From NCBI GenBank assembly GCA_900553945.1, contig USFR01000006.1:52948-116947 (forward strand): 64,000 bases of DNA, read 5' to 3'. A program made the position numbers and the translations under genes. Of this stretch, positions 41,377 through 51,129 are shown in pieces; positions within the stretch are counted from its first letter, which is position 1, and each line of letters starts with the position of its first letter. The DNA is from an uncultured Clostridium sp. GTDB lineage: Bacteria > Bacillota > Clostridia > TANB77 > CAG-508. The notes beneath the pieces are model-generated. The model worked only from the letters and a program-made list of their open reading frames with translations. It did no database searches and was not told where the DNA came from.

Positions 41377-42624
41377 TTAATTCATTTTTCTAAATATAAT
41401 ACTTGCGTTATGCCCACCAAATCCTAAAGAATTAGACATAACTACATTTAAATCTTTTTTTATAACCTCATTTTGAACAATATTTAAATCACATTCTAGA
41501 TCTGGTACTTTATAATTAATCGTTGGTGGTACAATTCCATTTTCTAAAGCCATAGAACAAATAACCGCCTCAACACCACCAGCAGCACCCAGCAAATGAC
41601 CTGTATTACCTTTAGTAGAACTAACTAAAACATTATTCCAATCTTCTCCCATAACTTTTTTAATAGCCATAGTTTCGCAAGAATCATTCAAATGAGTAGA
41701 AGTTCCATGAGCATTTATGTAATCAATATCTCTAGCTAAAATACCAGCATCTTTAATTGCTCTATTCATAGCATTTACAGCTCCTGCTCCATCAGGGCAA
41801 GGAGAAGTAATATGATAAGCATCCGAAGTAGCGCCATACCCAATCACTTCGCCATAAATTTTAGCACCCCTTTTTTTAGCATGTTCATATTCCTCAAGAA
41901 CTAAAATTCCAGAACCTTCACCCATTACAAAACCAGATCTCTCTTTATCAAAAGGAATACTCGCTCTATTTTTATCAGTAGCACTAGAAAGAGCTTTCAT
42001 GTTTTCAAAACCTCCAATACCAACTTCACAAATAGAAGCTTCAGCGCCACCAGCTAAAATTACATCTTCATAACCATGTTTAATAGTTCTATAAGCCTCA
42101 CCGATAGCATGAGTAGAAGATGCACACGCAGTAACAATAGAAACAGATTCACCCTTAAGTCCAAGTTCAATAGCAATATTTCCAGCAGGCATATTAGCAA
42201 TAGACATAGGTATAAACATAGGTGAAATTCTATTATGTCCCTTCTCCAAATTAACCTCACATTGATTTTGAATTGTAATCAAACCACCAATACCTGAACT
42301 AACAAAAATACCAACATTATTAAAATCTGTATTCTCCTCAGAAATACCAGAATCAGCAAACGCTTCTCTAGCAGCAATCAAAGCAAATTGAGAAGACCTA
42401 TCCAAACGTCTAGTCTGTTTCACGTCAAAATAATCATGTGGATTATAATCCTTAACTTCAGCATCCATCTTGGTTTTAAAAGTTTCTGGATTAACTAACT
42501 TCATAGTATCGACACCACAAACTCCATTTTCAATTCCATTCCAAGTCTCTTCGACATTTTTTCCGATAGGAGTTATACAACCTAATCCTGTAACAACAAC
42601 TCGTCTATTACTCATAGCACTCAC
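41377..42624 (-). CDS. fabF: 3-oxoacyl-[ACP] synthase II
   Basis: 415-aa thiolase-fold KAS with active-site Cys (VTACASSTHA) and His motifs (NAHGTSTH, GHLLGAAG). Confidence 0.93.
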   Translation of the reverse strand: MSAMSNRRVVVTGLGCITPIGKNVEETWNGIENGVCGVDTMKLVNPETFKTKMDAEVKDYNPHDYFDVKQTRRLDRSSQFALIAAREAFADSGISEENTDFNNVGIFVSSGIGGLITIQNQCEVNLEKGHNRISPMFIPMSIANMPAGNIAIELGLKGESVSIVTACASSTHAIGEAYRTIKHGYEDVILAGGAEASICEVGIGGFENMKALSSATDKNRASIPFDKERSGFVMGEGSGILVLEEYEHAKKRGAKIYGEVIGYGATSDAYHITSPCPDGAGAVNAMNRAIKDAGILARDIDYINAHGTSTHLNDSCETMAIKKVMGEDWNNVLVSSTKGNTGHLLGAAGGVEAVICSMALENGIVPPTINYKVPDLECDLNIVQNEVIKKDLNVVMSNSLGFGGHNASIIFRKMN

Positions 42625-42657
42625 CTTTCACAATTTATTTTTAAACAATTAATTTTT

Positions 42658-42780
42658 AAAAATATTATATTTATTTTTTCGTTCCTTGCTAAAATATTTT
42701 CCCGCCTACTAAACTTCGTTTAGCAGGTTAGGGAAAAACTTTCAAACTGCGCGTCACTCAAAAATCAAATATAATATTTT
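42658..42780. repeat. MITE-like palindromic element, copy B (inverted relative to copy A), between fabG and fabF
   Basis: 71-bp core 42685-42755 is the reverse complement of 19053-19125 with compensatory stem changes. Flanked by its own ~21-bp TIRs aaaatattatattt[a/g]attttt. Confidence 0.65.
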
Positions 42781-42816
42781 CTTCTATGATTAATAATTGT
42801 CAAAACGATTTATTAA

Positions 42817-43548
42817 TTAAATTAATCCCCCTGTAACTGGAATAACTGTCCCAGTAACATAACTTGAAGCTTCGCCGCATAAAAACTCCACAACACCAGC
42901 CACGTCTTCAGCTGTTCCCATTCTTTTTAAAGAAATTTTCTTAGCAATCTCATCTCTAACAGAATCGCTCAAAACAGCCGTCATATCTGTTTCAATAAAT
43001 CCCGGTGCAACAGCATTTACTAAAATATTTCTAGAACCAAGTTCTCTTGCCAAACTCTTAGTAAAACCAATAATGCCAGCCTTAGAAGCAGAATAATTAG
43101 CTTGTCCTGCATTTCCTTCTATTCCAACAACAGAAGAAATATTAACAATTTTACCAGATCTAGCTTTAACCATATATGGGACAACATTTCTAGTCATATT
43201 GAAAGTACCAATTAAATTAACATCAACAACACTTGAAAAATCTTCAGGCTTCATTCTCATAAGCAACATATCTTTTGTAATACCTGCATTATTAACTAAA
43301 ACATCAATTTTACCGAACTTATCAAATATTTCTTTTGCAATTCTCTCACAATCCTCGAAAGAAGAAATATCTCCTTGAACAGGTAAACAATCTACTCCTG
43401 CTTTTTCAATTTCTGATTTTGTATTAGTTAAGTCATCATTTTCTTTTCTATAATTCAAAGCAATATCAAAACCAGCATTAGCCAACCTAATAGCAATTGC
43501 TTTACCAATTCCTCTTGTAGCACCCGTAATTAAAGCAACTTTAGCCAT
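42817..43548 (-). CDS. fabG: 3-oxoacyl-[ACP] reductase FabG
   Basis: SDR motifs TGATRGIGKAIA, NNAG, and YSASKAG catalytic region. Confidence 0.92.
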   Translation of the reverse strand: MAKVALITGATRGIGKAIAIRLANAGFDIALNYRKENDDLTNTKSEIEKAGVDCLPVQGDISSFEDCERIAKEIFDKFGKIDVLVNNAGITKDMLLMRMKPEDFSSVVDVNLIGTFNMTRNVVPYMVKARSGKIVNISSVVGIEGNAGQANYSASKAGIIGFTKSLARELGSRNILVNAVAPGFIETDMTAVLSDSVRDEIAKKISLKRMGTAEDVAGVVEFLCGEASSYVTGTVIPVTGGLI

Positions 43549-43549
43549 A

Positions 43550-44500
43550 CTAAAACACCTCCATATTCTTTTTTAAACTATCAATTGTAAATTCCAAAGA
43601 ATCAACATTATTAATATTAAAAATATAAACAGGTCTTTCAAATTCCATTCTCTTAACAAATCCAGATAATGTTTTACCAGGACCTATTTCAATAAATGTA
43701 TCCACTCCATCAGCATACATATTTTTTAGCACATCTGAAAATTTAACTGGATTAACAATATGCCTAGCTAAAATATCAGACATATTGTCATTGTTTTTAT
43801 ATTCATATCCATCTATATTCTTAAAAACTTTAGAATTAAACTCATGAAATTTTATCTTTTTCAAATCTTTTCTCAAAGCATTTGCAGCATCTATTAATTT
43901 TTCCGTGTGAAAAGGACCAGCAGTGTTTAAAACTCTAACCTTTTTAGCGCCATATTCAGTAGCAATTTTTTGTAGCTCACTAATACCTTCTGCATCGCCA
44001 GACACAACAATTTGTCCAATTGTGTTAAAATTTACTGGAACAACAAAACCATTCTTCACACTATTACAAGCAGAAATAACACTTTTTTCATCCAATCCCA
44101 ACACAGCAGTCATTTTCCAATCGCCCTCTGGCAATAAATTCTGCATATATTCTCCTCTTTTTTTAACTATTGATATTCCATCCTCAAACGAAAGAGCACC
44201 ACTATAAATTAATGAAGCATATTCTCCTAAGCTCAAGCCAGCAGAATCCTCAGCTTTTATATTCTTGTCTTCCAAAACATTCAAAATTGCTAAACTCATT
44301 GTTAAAATACATATCTGAGTATACTTTGTCTGATTCAAAATCTCAGCAGGCTGATTAAAAGTAATATCAGCCACATCAATCCCAGTAATTTTCTCAACCT
44401 CATCATACACTTTTCTAGCCACTTCATATTTTTCATAAATATCTTTTCCCATTCCAACAGATTGTGAACCCTGTCCAGAAAATAAAAATCCTATCTTCAT
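43550..44500 (-). CDS. fabD: Malonyl-CoA:ACP transacylase FabD
   Basis: FSGQGSQSVGMG and active-site GLSLGEYAS. Confidence 0.92.
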   Translation of the reverse strand: MKIGFLFSGQGSQSVGMGKDIYEKYEVARKVYDEVEKITGIDVADITFNQPAEILNQTKYTQICILTMSLAILNVLEDKNIKAEDSAGLSLGEYASLIYSGALSFEDGISIVKKRGEYMQNLLPEGDWKMTAVLGLDEKSVISACNSVKNGFVVPVNFNTIGQIVVSGDAEGISELQKIATEYGAKKVRVLNTAGPFHTEKLIDAANALRKDLKKIKFHEFNSKVFKNIDGYEYKNNDNMSDILARHIVNPVKFSDVLKNMYADGVDTFIEIGPGKTLSGFVKRMEFERPVYIFNINNVDSLEFTIDSLKKNMEVF

Positions 44501-45076
44501 TTATTTAATCCTTTCATAAACTTTCTTCTCAAATAAATTACAAAATTCTGAAATTATTTTTCCATTATCGACACTAAATCCAAACTCATTTTTTATAGAC
44601 GTAGCAATATCATGTATCTCATCAGCAAACTCAGTTTGATTCGTATTTATTCCTATACCAACAACTAAATCTCTCACACATTCACCAACTAACTTTGTCT
44701 CTGTAAGGATTCCTCCAATTTTCTTCTGATTATAAACAATATCATTTGGCTTTTTGATTTCTAATAAAATATTGTATTTCTTTTCAAAAATACTTCTTAT
44801 AATCTCGGCAATCTCCAATGTAACTCCATCAAGCTTTTCAATTTCAACATTCAAGTTCAAATAAAACGAAAAAGCAATATTATTCTTCTCATCAGTGTGC
44901 CACACTCTGCCATGAGTTCCAACACCACTCTCTTGAACTTCAGCACAAATAACAGTACCATTTTCAATTCTATTTTCTGCAACTCTTGACCAAATTTCTT
45001 TTTGCGTTGAATCAATCTTTTCATAATATTCAAAATTTCTCCCAAGCACTTGGGTATGTAAATTATTTAACTTCAT
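44501..45076 (-). CDS. Biotin--[acetyl-CoA-carboxylase] ligase, catalytic domain only (group I BPL, no HTH)
   Basis: ...QESGVGTHGRVWHT... and KIGGILTE motifs of biotin protein ligase. 191 aa without an N-terminal DNA-binding domain. Confidence 0.75.
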   Translation of the reverse strand: MKLNNLHTQVLGRNFEYYEKIDSTQKEIWSRVAENRIENGTVICAEVQESGVGTHGRVWHTDEKNNIAFSFYLNLNVEIEKLDGVTLEIAEIIRSIFEKKYNILLEIKKPNDIVYNQKKIGGILTETKLVGECVRDLVVGIGINTNQTEFADEIHDIATSIKNEFGFSVDNGKIISEFCNLFEKKVYERIK

Positions 45077-46859
45077 AATTTTTTAAAACCTTTTTCAAAT
45101 TTTCATTTCTTTTTATTTTTCCAGTAGTAGTTTTTATTAATGATTCCTTAGTTAATGTAATCCCTCTAATTGCCTTGTAAGGTGGCATCGTTTTATTAAT
45201 CTCTTTAACCTTTTGAAAAATTGCATCATATATACCATCAAAATCTTCAACCTTATATGCTTTCATAACAATATCCTCGTTATAAACTACTTCAGCAAAA
45301 ATCTTCAAATCATTAGGATCTTCTGAAATAGGCATCCCATAAATAAAAGACTCCTCAACACCCTCAATTCTATTTAGTAAATTCTCCATTTCTTCTGGAA
45401 AAATATTTTTGCCATTCTTCAAAACAATAACACTCTTTTTTCTGCCACAAATAAAAATATAACCATCGTCATCAATTTTTGCTAAATCTCCAGTATAGAA
45501 CCAACCATCACGTAAAGCATCTTTTGTAGCTTCTTCATTTTGGTAATATTCAAGCATAATACTTGGCCCCGAAACCACAAGCTCTCCCATTCCATCCTTA
45601 TCAGCATTAACTATCTTAGCCTTCACATGAGGAACAGTTTTTCCAACAGAACCAACCCTATTAAAAACCTTATTTCCAACAGCAACAACAGGAGACGTCT
45701 CTGTTAAGCCATAACCTTGAACCATATTCAAGCCCAATTTTCTATATTTTTCCTCAATTGTAGGATCTAAACTAGCAGCACCAGAAATCAACAATCTAAC
45801 ATTACCGCCAAGCATCTCATGTATTTCAGCAAAAACTTTCTTTTTCTCTTCCATAGAAGATCCCTTATGCTCCTCTTCTAGCTTAAGAATATTTTCTCTT
45901 AAATTTTTATTCTCCAACTGCTTAGAAATCATTTTAAAAATTCTTTCATAAATAGCAGGAACAGAAGCCATAACCGTAACATGATATTCATTCATATTCT
46001 CAACAATATGTCTAATTCCATCTGCAAAAACAGTTTGAGCCCCTTTATAAAGAGAAAATAAAAATCCAACAGTACACTCAAAAACATGATGCAAAGGCAA
46101 GAAAGATAAGAACACATCTTGGGCATTAATATCTAAAACAGAAGCAATATCCATCAAATTAGAACAAATATTTTTATGAGATAACGCAACAATCTTAGAA
46201 GCAGACGTTGTTCCAGAAGTAAATAACATTACACCCATTTTCTCAGCATCAATCTTAGCATCAACAAAATCTCTGTTACCATCCTCAACTAAATTCTTTC
46301 CATACTGAACAAGTTCCATTTCAGAATAAATTCCATCAGTATGCATATCCAAATCCATATTTATCAAATGCTTTAATTGGCCAACACACTCATATTTCAT
46401 TTTGATCAAATAATCTTCATATTTTTTAGTATAAAAAATCGCCTCAACACCAGAACGCTCAATCAAATTTCTAAGTTCATTTTCAGGCAAAGATTTATCC
46501 AAAGGAACAACTATACCAGTACCACACGCAATCGCCAAATATGCAATCTCCCATTCATACCTATTCTCACCAATAACAGCAATTCGTTTTCCCTTAAGTC
46601 CCATATTAATAAGAGCCGTTCCTAAACCATTAATCATTTTCCTAATCTCTTTATGAGAAAAAGTTATATACTCACCATTTCTCTTTATTTTATAAGCAAT
46701 ATTATCGCCATATAAATCACCTGACTTTTGAAGCATATCCTTCAAATCAGAAATCTCTATATATTCATATAACCCCTCAGCCATATTATAAAATCCTTTC
46801 TCAAATTCTTCCCCAAAAATCACTACAACTTTTATACCATTATTCAAAAATAAAATCAT
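45063..46859 (-). CDS. Long-chain fatty-acid--CoA ligase (AMP-dependent synthetase)
   Basis: AMP-binding motifs LFTSGTTSASK, GYGLTE, and downstream GRKK region. The true start is likely the internal MAEGLYEY (about 46784). Confidence 0.8.
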   Translation of the reverse strand: MILFLNNGIKVVVIFGEEFEKGFYNMAEGLYEYIEISDLKDMLQKSGDLYGDNIAYKIKRNGEYITFSHKEIRKMINGLGTALINMGLKGKRIAVIGENRYEWEIAYLAIACGTGIVVPLDKSLPENELRNLIERSGVEAIFYTKKYEDYLIKMKYECVGQLKHLINMDLDMHTDGIYSEMELVQYGKNLVEDGNRDFVDAKIDAEKMGVMLFTSGTTSASKIVALSHKNICSNLMDIASVLDINAQDVFLSFLPLHHVFECTVGFLFSLYKGAQTVFADGIRHIVENMNEYHVTVMASVPAIYERIFKMISKQLENKNLRENILKLEEEHKGSSMEEKKKVFAEIHEMLGGNVRLLISGAASLDPTIEEKYRKLGLNMVQGYGLTETSPVVAVGNKVFNRVGSVGKTVPHVKAKIVNADKDGMGELVVSGPSIMLEYYQNEEATKDALRDGWFYTGDLAKIDDDGYIFICGRKKSVIVLKNGKNIFPEEMENLLNRIEGVEESFIYGMPISEDPNDLKIFAEVVYNEDIVMKAYKVEDFDGIYDAIFQKVKEINKTMPPYKAIRGITLTKESLIKTTTGKIKRNENLKKVLKNYEVK

Positions 46860-47069
46860 TAGACTGGCGGGTCAGTACAAAAAAACACATTACTTTTAAG
46901 AAACAAAAACAAGTAGTTTTAAAACTACTTGTTTCATTAATTTCTTGTTTTTTAGTTCGTATTGCAAAATATGTTTGAGCAAGAGCAATAACTTCTTTTC
47001 GTGGATCTCCATTTTGTGCTATTAGTTAGCAAGCATAACGAGTTAATTTATAGTTATAAATATAACTCG

Positions 47070-47558
47070 TTATTTCCTATTAACCGTCTCAATAATAGCC
47101 GAATACTTATCCACCATACAAACAAGCAAAGCCTCCTTAGACTTCGGCAACTTCGTAATAGTAAGAGGCCACATATGAGACTCAATAATCTTCTGCTCGC
47201 TCTCTGAAATATCAAACATCTCTTTCGCATTCTTAGCAGCCGTCTTAGGATGACTAAAACCATGCCACCTATGCGCCTTATTCTTCTCATGCCAATCATA
47301 CAAAAAGAAATCATGCAAATAAGCACCAACAATCAAATCATCATAATTAAACTGGATATTGTATCTCTTCTCCAATCTCTTCGCCAACATAAAACTTCTA
47401 TATGCCACATTCCTAGAATGTTCCCACACAGACGTCTTGCCATGTTGTTTATAATTTTTAAGCAACTTTTTAATATACTTATACTTAGTCAACTTATAAA
47501 TATATTTATAAAATTCCATCTTACTATTTAACTTCATCTTTAAATCCTTTGTAATCAC
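47070..47558 (-). CDS. HD-domain phosphohydrolase
   Basis: H...HD metal-binding pattern (WEHSRNVAY ... GAYLHDF). Confidence 0.6.
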   Translation of the reverse strand: MITKDLKMKLNSKMEFYKYIYKLTKYKYIKKLLKNYKQHGKTSVWEHSRNVAYRSFMLAKRLEKRYNIQFNYDDLIVGAYLHDFFLYDWHEKNKAHRWHGFSHPKTAAKNAKEMFDISESEQKIIESHMWPLTITKLPKSKEALLVCMVDKYSAIIETVNRK

Positions 47559-47561
47559 ATT

Positions 47562-48287
47562 TTATTTTGATAATTCAATTACAGAATTAACAACACTACC
47601 ATCCTCGCTCATAATAACAACAACATGTTTGCCATTAAAATAAGCATACTTACAAATAACCGTATCACCCAATTTAATCTCATGCTTATACGTTATTCTA
47701 AAAGAATCATAAGGTCTTGCATCATAAACATCCTCAGGCAAAGCATCATAAACCAAATTTAAATAATATGTATTATGCATGTGTCCATTAATATCAATAT
47801 CTTTTCTAGATACAGTATATTTAACCTCATTTGAAAATTCAATGGGAACTTCTGGCTTAGGAAAATTATAATCACCAAAAGAACTATAATCCTCAGGTTT
47901 ATAAGCCTCTTTTACTTCTGGTCCCATTCTAACAATCTTTCTAGTATCGCTATTAATCATAACCCACTTAGTAGTAGCTTTAATACACAATTCTCCCTTT
48001 GAATTGTAAACCTCAAAATCCCTATATGTATACGCCTTTTGGAAACATCTTCCCCAAGTTCTAATCTCTAACTCTTCAGGGTAAGCAGGTCTTTTAATAA
48101 CCTTAACTGTCCAATCAAGCAAAATCCAACTAAGCTTTGTTCTTTCAATGTCCAATATTCCATATCCCGCTAAATCAGATTGTTCACCACCGACATTCTC
48201 AAGAATCTCAAGAATCGCCTCATTTTTTATTAAACAATCTTTGCCAGAATCTCTTAATCCTATTTTAACTTTATCTACAAATATCAT
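47562..48287 (-). CDS. Acyl-[acyl-carrier-protein] thioesterase
   Basis: Double hot-dog acyl-ACP thioesterase pattern with conserved ...WILLDWTVKV... region. 241 aa. Confidence 0.7.
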   Translation of the reverse strand: MIFVDKVKIGLRDSGKDCLIKNEAILEILENVGGEQSDLAGYGILDIERTKLSWILLDWTVKVIKRPAYPEELEIRTWGRCFQKAYTYRDFEVYNSKGELCIKATTKWVMINSDTRKIVRMGPEVKEAYKPEDYSSFGDYNFPKPEVPIEFSNEVKYTVSRKDIDINGHMHNTYYLNLVYDALPEDVYDARPYDSFRITYKHEIKLGDTVICKYAYFNGKHVVVIMSEDGSVVNSVIELSK

Positions 48288-48289
48288 TT

Positions 48290-49972
48290 CTACCTCATCA
48301 CCTTGTAAATCTTACAACCAACATCTCCATCATCATCAAGTAAAACTTCATAATTTGAAAAGCCAGTTTTCTCAATAACTTTAGCCAAAATCTCATCAGC
48401 ACCTTTGTACTTCTTTATACTCAAAATAAATTCATTTTCTTCTGAAAGCTTAGAATCATTTTCCAAAACATCTAATTGATTTTCATTCAATATTAAACTC
48501 TCACTATATGTCTCAAACTCAGGCATACTTTGAATATGATTAAAAGCTGTGTCTCCAACATACACGAATTTATCTTCCTTATTTTCTTCAGCAATCTCTA
48601 AATATTTAGCATAGCCCTTATAAAGAAAAGCAGGTTCACTAAACATTAATCCATAAACTGAAATTACCAATGAAATTCCAACTAAACTATATTTTAGCAC
48701 ATTTTTATTTTTAATAACAGTGTCAATTAACAATAAAATCGAAATAATTATTAACGGTAACACACACATTATATATCTTATAATATTTGCATCTTGTAAT
48801 TCTGGTGAAACCTTTACAATAACACAAACATAACAAATTACAGAAAATATAATCGCACTTGCACCTAAAACATTTTTATCAATTTTCTTATCAATTACAG
48901 ATTTAACAGCAACCACCATACCAAATAAAATCAAACATATAGCAATAGCAAAAACAGGAACTGAAAAAGAATATCCAATCATATTCAAATACTCTACTAA
49001 CTTTTCTCCGAACCCTCTTGTCATCTCAGCTTTTCCAACTCCACGATATGAAAAGAAAATATGATTAATACTCAATGGATAAAACAATACACCTATTACA
49101 GCCATTTTTAAATATTTCAAAATATACGTTATAGCGCCCTGTTTTCCTTGTTTTCTTATCACTCCTATTAAAACTAAAACCGCAACCATTCCAGCAACAA
49201 TGCAAAAATAATATTGCGTCCAAAATCCAAGTAAAACAATCCAAGTAAGTTTATTCCATAATTTTTTATCTATATCAAAATCTTTTTTTATAATATCAAT
49301 GTTAGCTGAAATAAACATTAAAACAAAGAAATTAAGCATAGAATACATTCTCTGAAAAATAACCGTTGAAATCGCTCCCATACTGAATCCGTACAAAATT
49401 AAAGTAGGAATTATTAAATACTTTTTATCCAATTTTTCAAAAATATTTTTTATAGTCCACAAACTTAAAACCATAAAAACAAGATTAATACCAAAAATAA
49501 TATACTTTGAAAAATGCCCCATAAAAAATATTGAAACTGTATGTACTAAAAAATAAAAAAGAGGCGGATGAATATCACGAGATTGATTATAATAAACCAT
49601 TCCATAATTTAATGCATCCTTTGGCTGAATAGTTAAATAATCATTTGCCTCATCCGAACTTCTCCATGTTGGAACAAATTCAGATTTAATATCAACCAAC
49701 GTTTCATCCTTTATATCTCTATGATCAATTAAATAATACTTCAAATTTTGAAAAATATTGCCATTCATAATTTTTTCTTTAACAAAAATATTCGTTTCAT
49801 CTTCCTTGCCATAAGGTCTGTAAACATTGTCATAAGCGTAATTAGACGAACCATAAGAAAACATTTCATCCTCATGAAAACCTTCCTTTTTTGTCATAAA
49901 AAACGTCATAACAACACTAATAACTAAAATAACAATAATATATTTATAATTCTTTTTAAAAAATTCCTTCAT
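48290..49972 (-). CDS. Polytopic membrane protein, putative GT-C-fold glycosyltransferase (ArnT/PMT/YfhO-like)
   Basis: 560 aa with about 12 TM helices and an N-terminal FHEDEM acidic loop motif. Confidence 0.45.
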   Translation of the reverse strand: MKEFFKKNYKYIIVILVISVVMTFFMTKKEGFHEDEMFSYGSSNYAYDNVYRPYGKEDETNIFVKEKIMNGNIFQNLKYYLIDHRDIKDETLVDIKSEFVPTWRSSDEANDYLTIQPKDALNYGMVYYNQSRDIHPPLFYFLVHTVSIFFMGHFSKYIIFGINLVFMVLSLWTIKNIFEKLDKKYLIIPTLILYGFSMGAISTVIFQRMYSMLNFFVLMFISANIDIIKKDFDIDKKLWNKLTWIVLLGFWTQYYFCIVAGMVAVLVLIGVIRKQGKQGAITYILKYLKMAVIGVLFYPLSINHIFFSYRGVGKAEMTRGFGEKLVEYLNMIGYSFSVPVFAIAICLILFGMVVAVKSVIDKKIDKNVLGASAIIFSVICYVCVIVKVSPELQDANIIRYIMCVLPLIIISILLLIDTVIKNKNVLKYSLVGISLVISVYGLMFSEPAFLYKGYAKYLEIAEENKEDKFVYVGDTAFNHIQSMPEFETYSESLILNENQLDVLENDSKLSEENEFILSIKKYKGADEILAKVIEKTGFSNYEVLLDDDGDVGCKIYKVMR

Positions 49973-50104
49973 AATATTCTTCTCCCTAAACTAACAAATA
50001 GTCTACCATAAAAAAAGTATTTTGTTAACGTTCTAAAAATAAAAATAGACACACATTTTGTGTCTAATGTATCCATACTATAAAATTTTCCATCTTTTGA
50101 TTTT

Positions 50105-50142
50105 AAAGTGAGTTATCGACAGTTTGTCGATAGCTCACTTTA
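50105..50142. repeat. Long near-perfect palindrome (15-bp arms, 3-nt loop)
   Basis: agtgagttatcgaca-gtt-tgtcgatagctcact. Lies just downstream of the NUDIX gene stop (minus strand) and upstream of a second hairpin agacacacattttgtgtct with a T-run. Confidence 0.5.
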
Positions 50143-50161
50143 AAAATATGCATATTAAAAA

Positions 50162-50593
50162 TTACCAACCAAATATAGAAAATGGCTCATCACGCAAATA
50201 TGATTCTATCCCTTTTCTTATATATGGAATCGTATTCTCAGGCAATTTCTTCAATTCAAAAAATCTCACATCATCACATTTGTTTTTTTCCATAATTTCA
50301 ATCTTACCTTCATATTTTTTACAAATTAAAAAATAATCTATACTTTCTCTATCAGGTGCTTTTCTTTGCATAACATGAACAATTTTTAAATCTTCTTTTT
50401 TTATTTTTATACCTATCTCTTCAAAAGCCTCCCTTTGCATTGCCTTTATAACATCTTCATCTTCTTCAACATGCCCTGCTGGAACACTATAATTTCCATC
50501 TTCATAACCTGTATTATACCTTCTTGATAATAATACTTTTTCATTTTCTATCAAAATTAAATGTACTGCTGTTATTATTTTAAATCTTTCCAT
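50162..50593 (-). CDS. NUDIX hydrolase (chromosomal copy)
   Basis: Nudix box GHVEEDEDVIKAMQREAFEEIG. Confidence 0.8.
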   Translation of the reverse strand: MERFKIITAVHLILIENEKVLLSRRYNTGYEDGNYSVPAGHVEEDEDVIKAMQREAFEEIGIKIKKEDLKIVHVMQRKAPDRESIDYFLICKKYEGKIEIMEKNKCDDVRFFELKKLPENTIPYIRKGIESYLRDEPFSIFGW

Positions 50594-50769
50594 TTTTTCT
50601 TCTCCAATCTTTTAATTTTACAAGAACTTTTGTTTGTATTTTATGTTATATTTTACTCATTGTCAATCACAAAAATTTAATCTTATAATCCCACACAAAA
50701 AAATCATTACTTTCTTATTCTCTCAACAATATTTTTATAAAAATATATATTGGTGAAATACTCAGTATG

Positions 50770-50803
50770 TGTTATAATATTTCTAACTTGAGAATCTCAA
50801 GTT
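50770..50803 (+). promoter_or_regulatory. Extended -10 promoter (tgttataat) followed by a perfect 8-bp inverted repeat operator candidate (aacttgag-aat-ctcaagtt)
   Basis: Located 45-80 nt upstream of the small HTH-like gene at 50848. RBS aaggagag. Confidence 0.45.
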
Positions 50804-50847
50804 ATTTTGGTAACTTGCAAACAATAATTTGAATAAGGAGAGCAAAT

Positions 50848-51078
50848 ATGCCAAACAGAAAATATGCGTATGCCGACATGCAAAAGTTTCGAAAAACTAC
50901 AAACGCTCAGAACAAAAGATACTATGGCAAAACTGAGTTTTACGGTCCGAGTAATTGGACTGTCGAACAAGATAAAATGGTTTTGGAGCATCTTATTACC
51001 GATACTGAGTTGTCAAAAATCATTAAACATTCTGTTAAAGCAATTCAAGTGCGCCGGTGCAGGTTAAAGAAAAAATAA
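50848..51078 (+). CDS. Small HTH-like hypothetical protein (76 aa)
   Basis: Good RBS. C-terminal TELSKIIKHSVKAIQVRR helix-turn-helix-like segment. Strong terminator at 51080-51106. Confidence 0.55.
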   Translation: MPNRKYAYADMQKFRKTTNAQNKRYYGKTEFYGPSNWTVEQDKMVLEHLITDTELSKIIKHSVKAIQVRRCRLKKK

Positions 51079-51079
51079 A

Positions 51080-51106
51080 GAAAGGGGTCGTATGACCCTT
51101 TTCTTT
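51080..51106 (+). terminator. Rho-independent terminator
   Basis: aaaggggtc-gtat-gacccttttctttt. Confidence 0.7.
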
Positions 51107-51129
51107 TACCCTTTACAATAAACTTCAAA

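Noticed and set aside
42625-42816. Apparent absence of acpP between fabG and fabF
   Set aside because: The cluster follows the Streptococcus-type order (fabD-fabG-fabF-accB-fabZ-accCDA), where acpP/fabH lie upstream of fabK/fabD. No acpP is expected here. The gap is filled by the MITE-like element instead.
46785-46859. N-terminal 25-aa extension of the acyl-CoA ligase ORF
   Set aside because: The AMP-binding domain alignment begins near the internal MAEGLYEY. The upstream part is likely untranslated leader picked up by longest-ORF calling.
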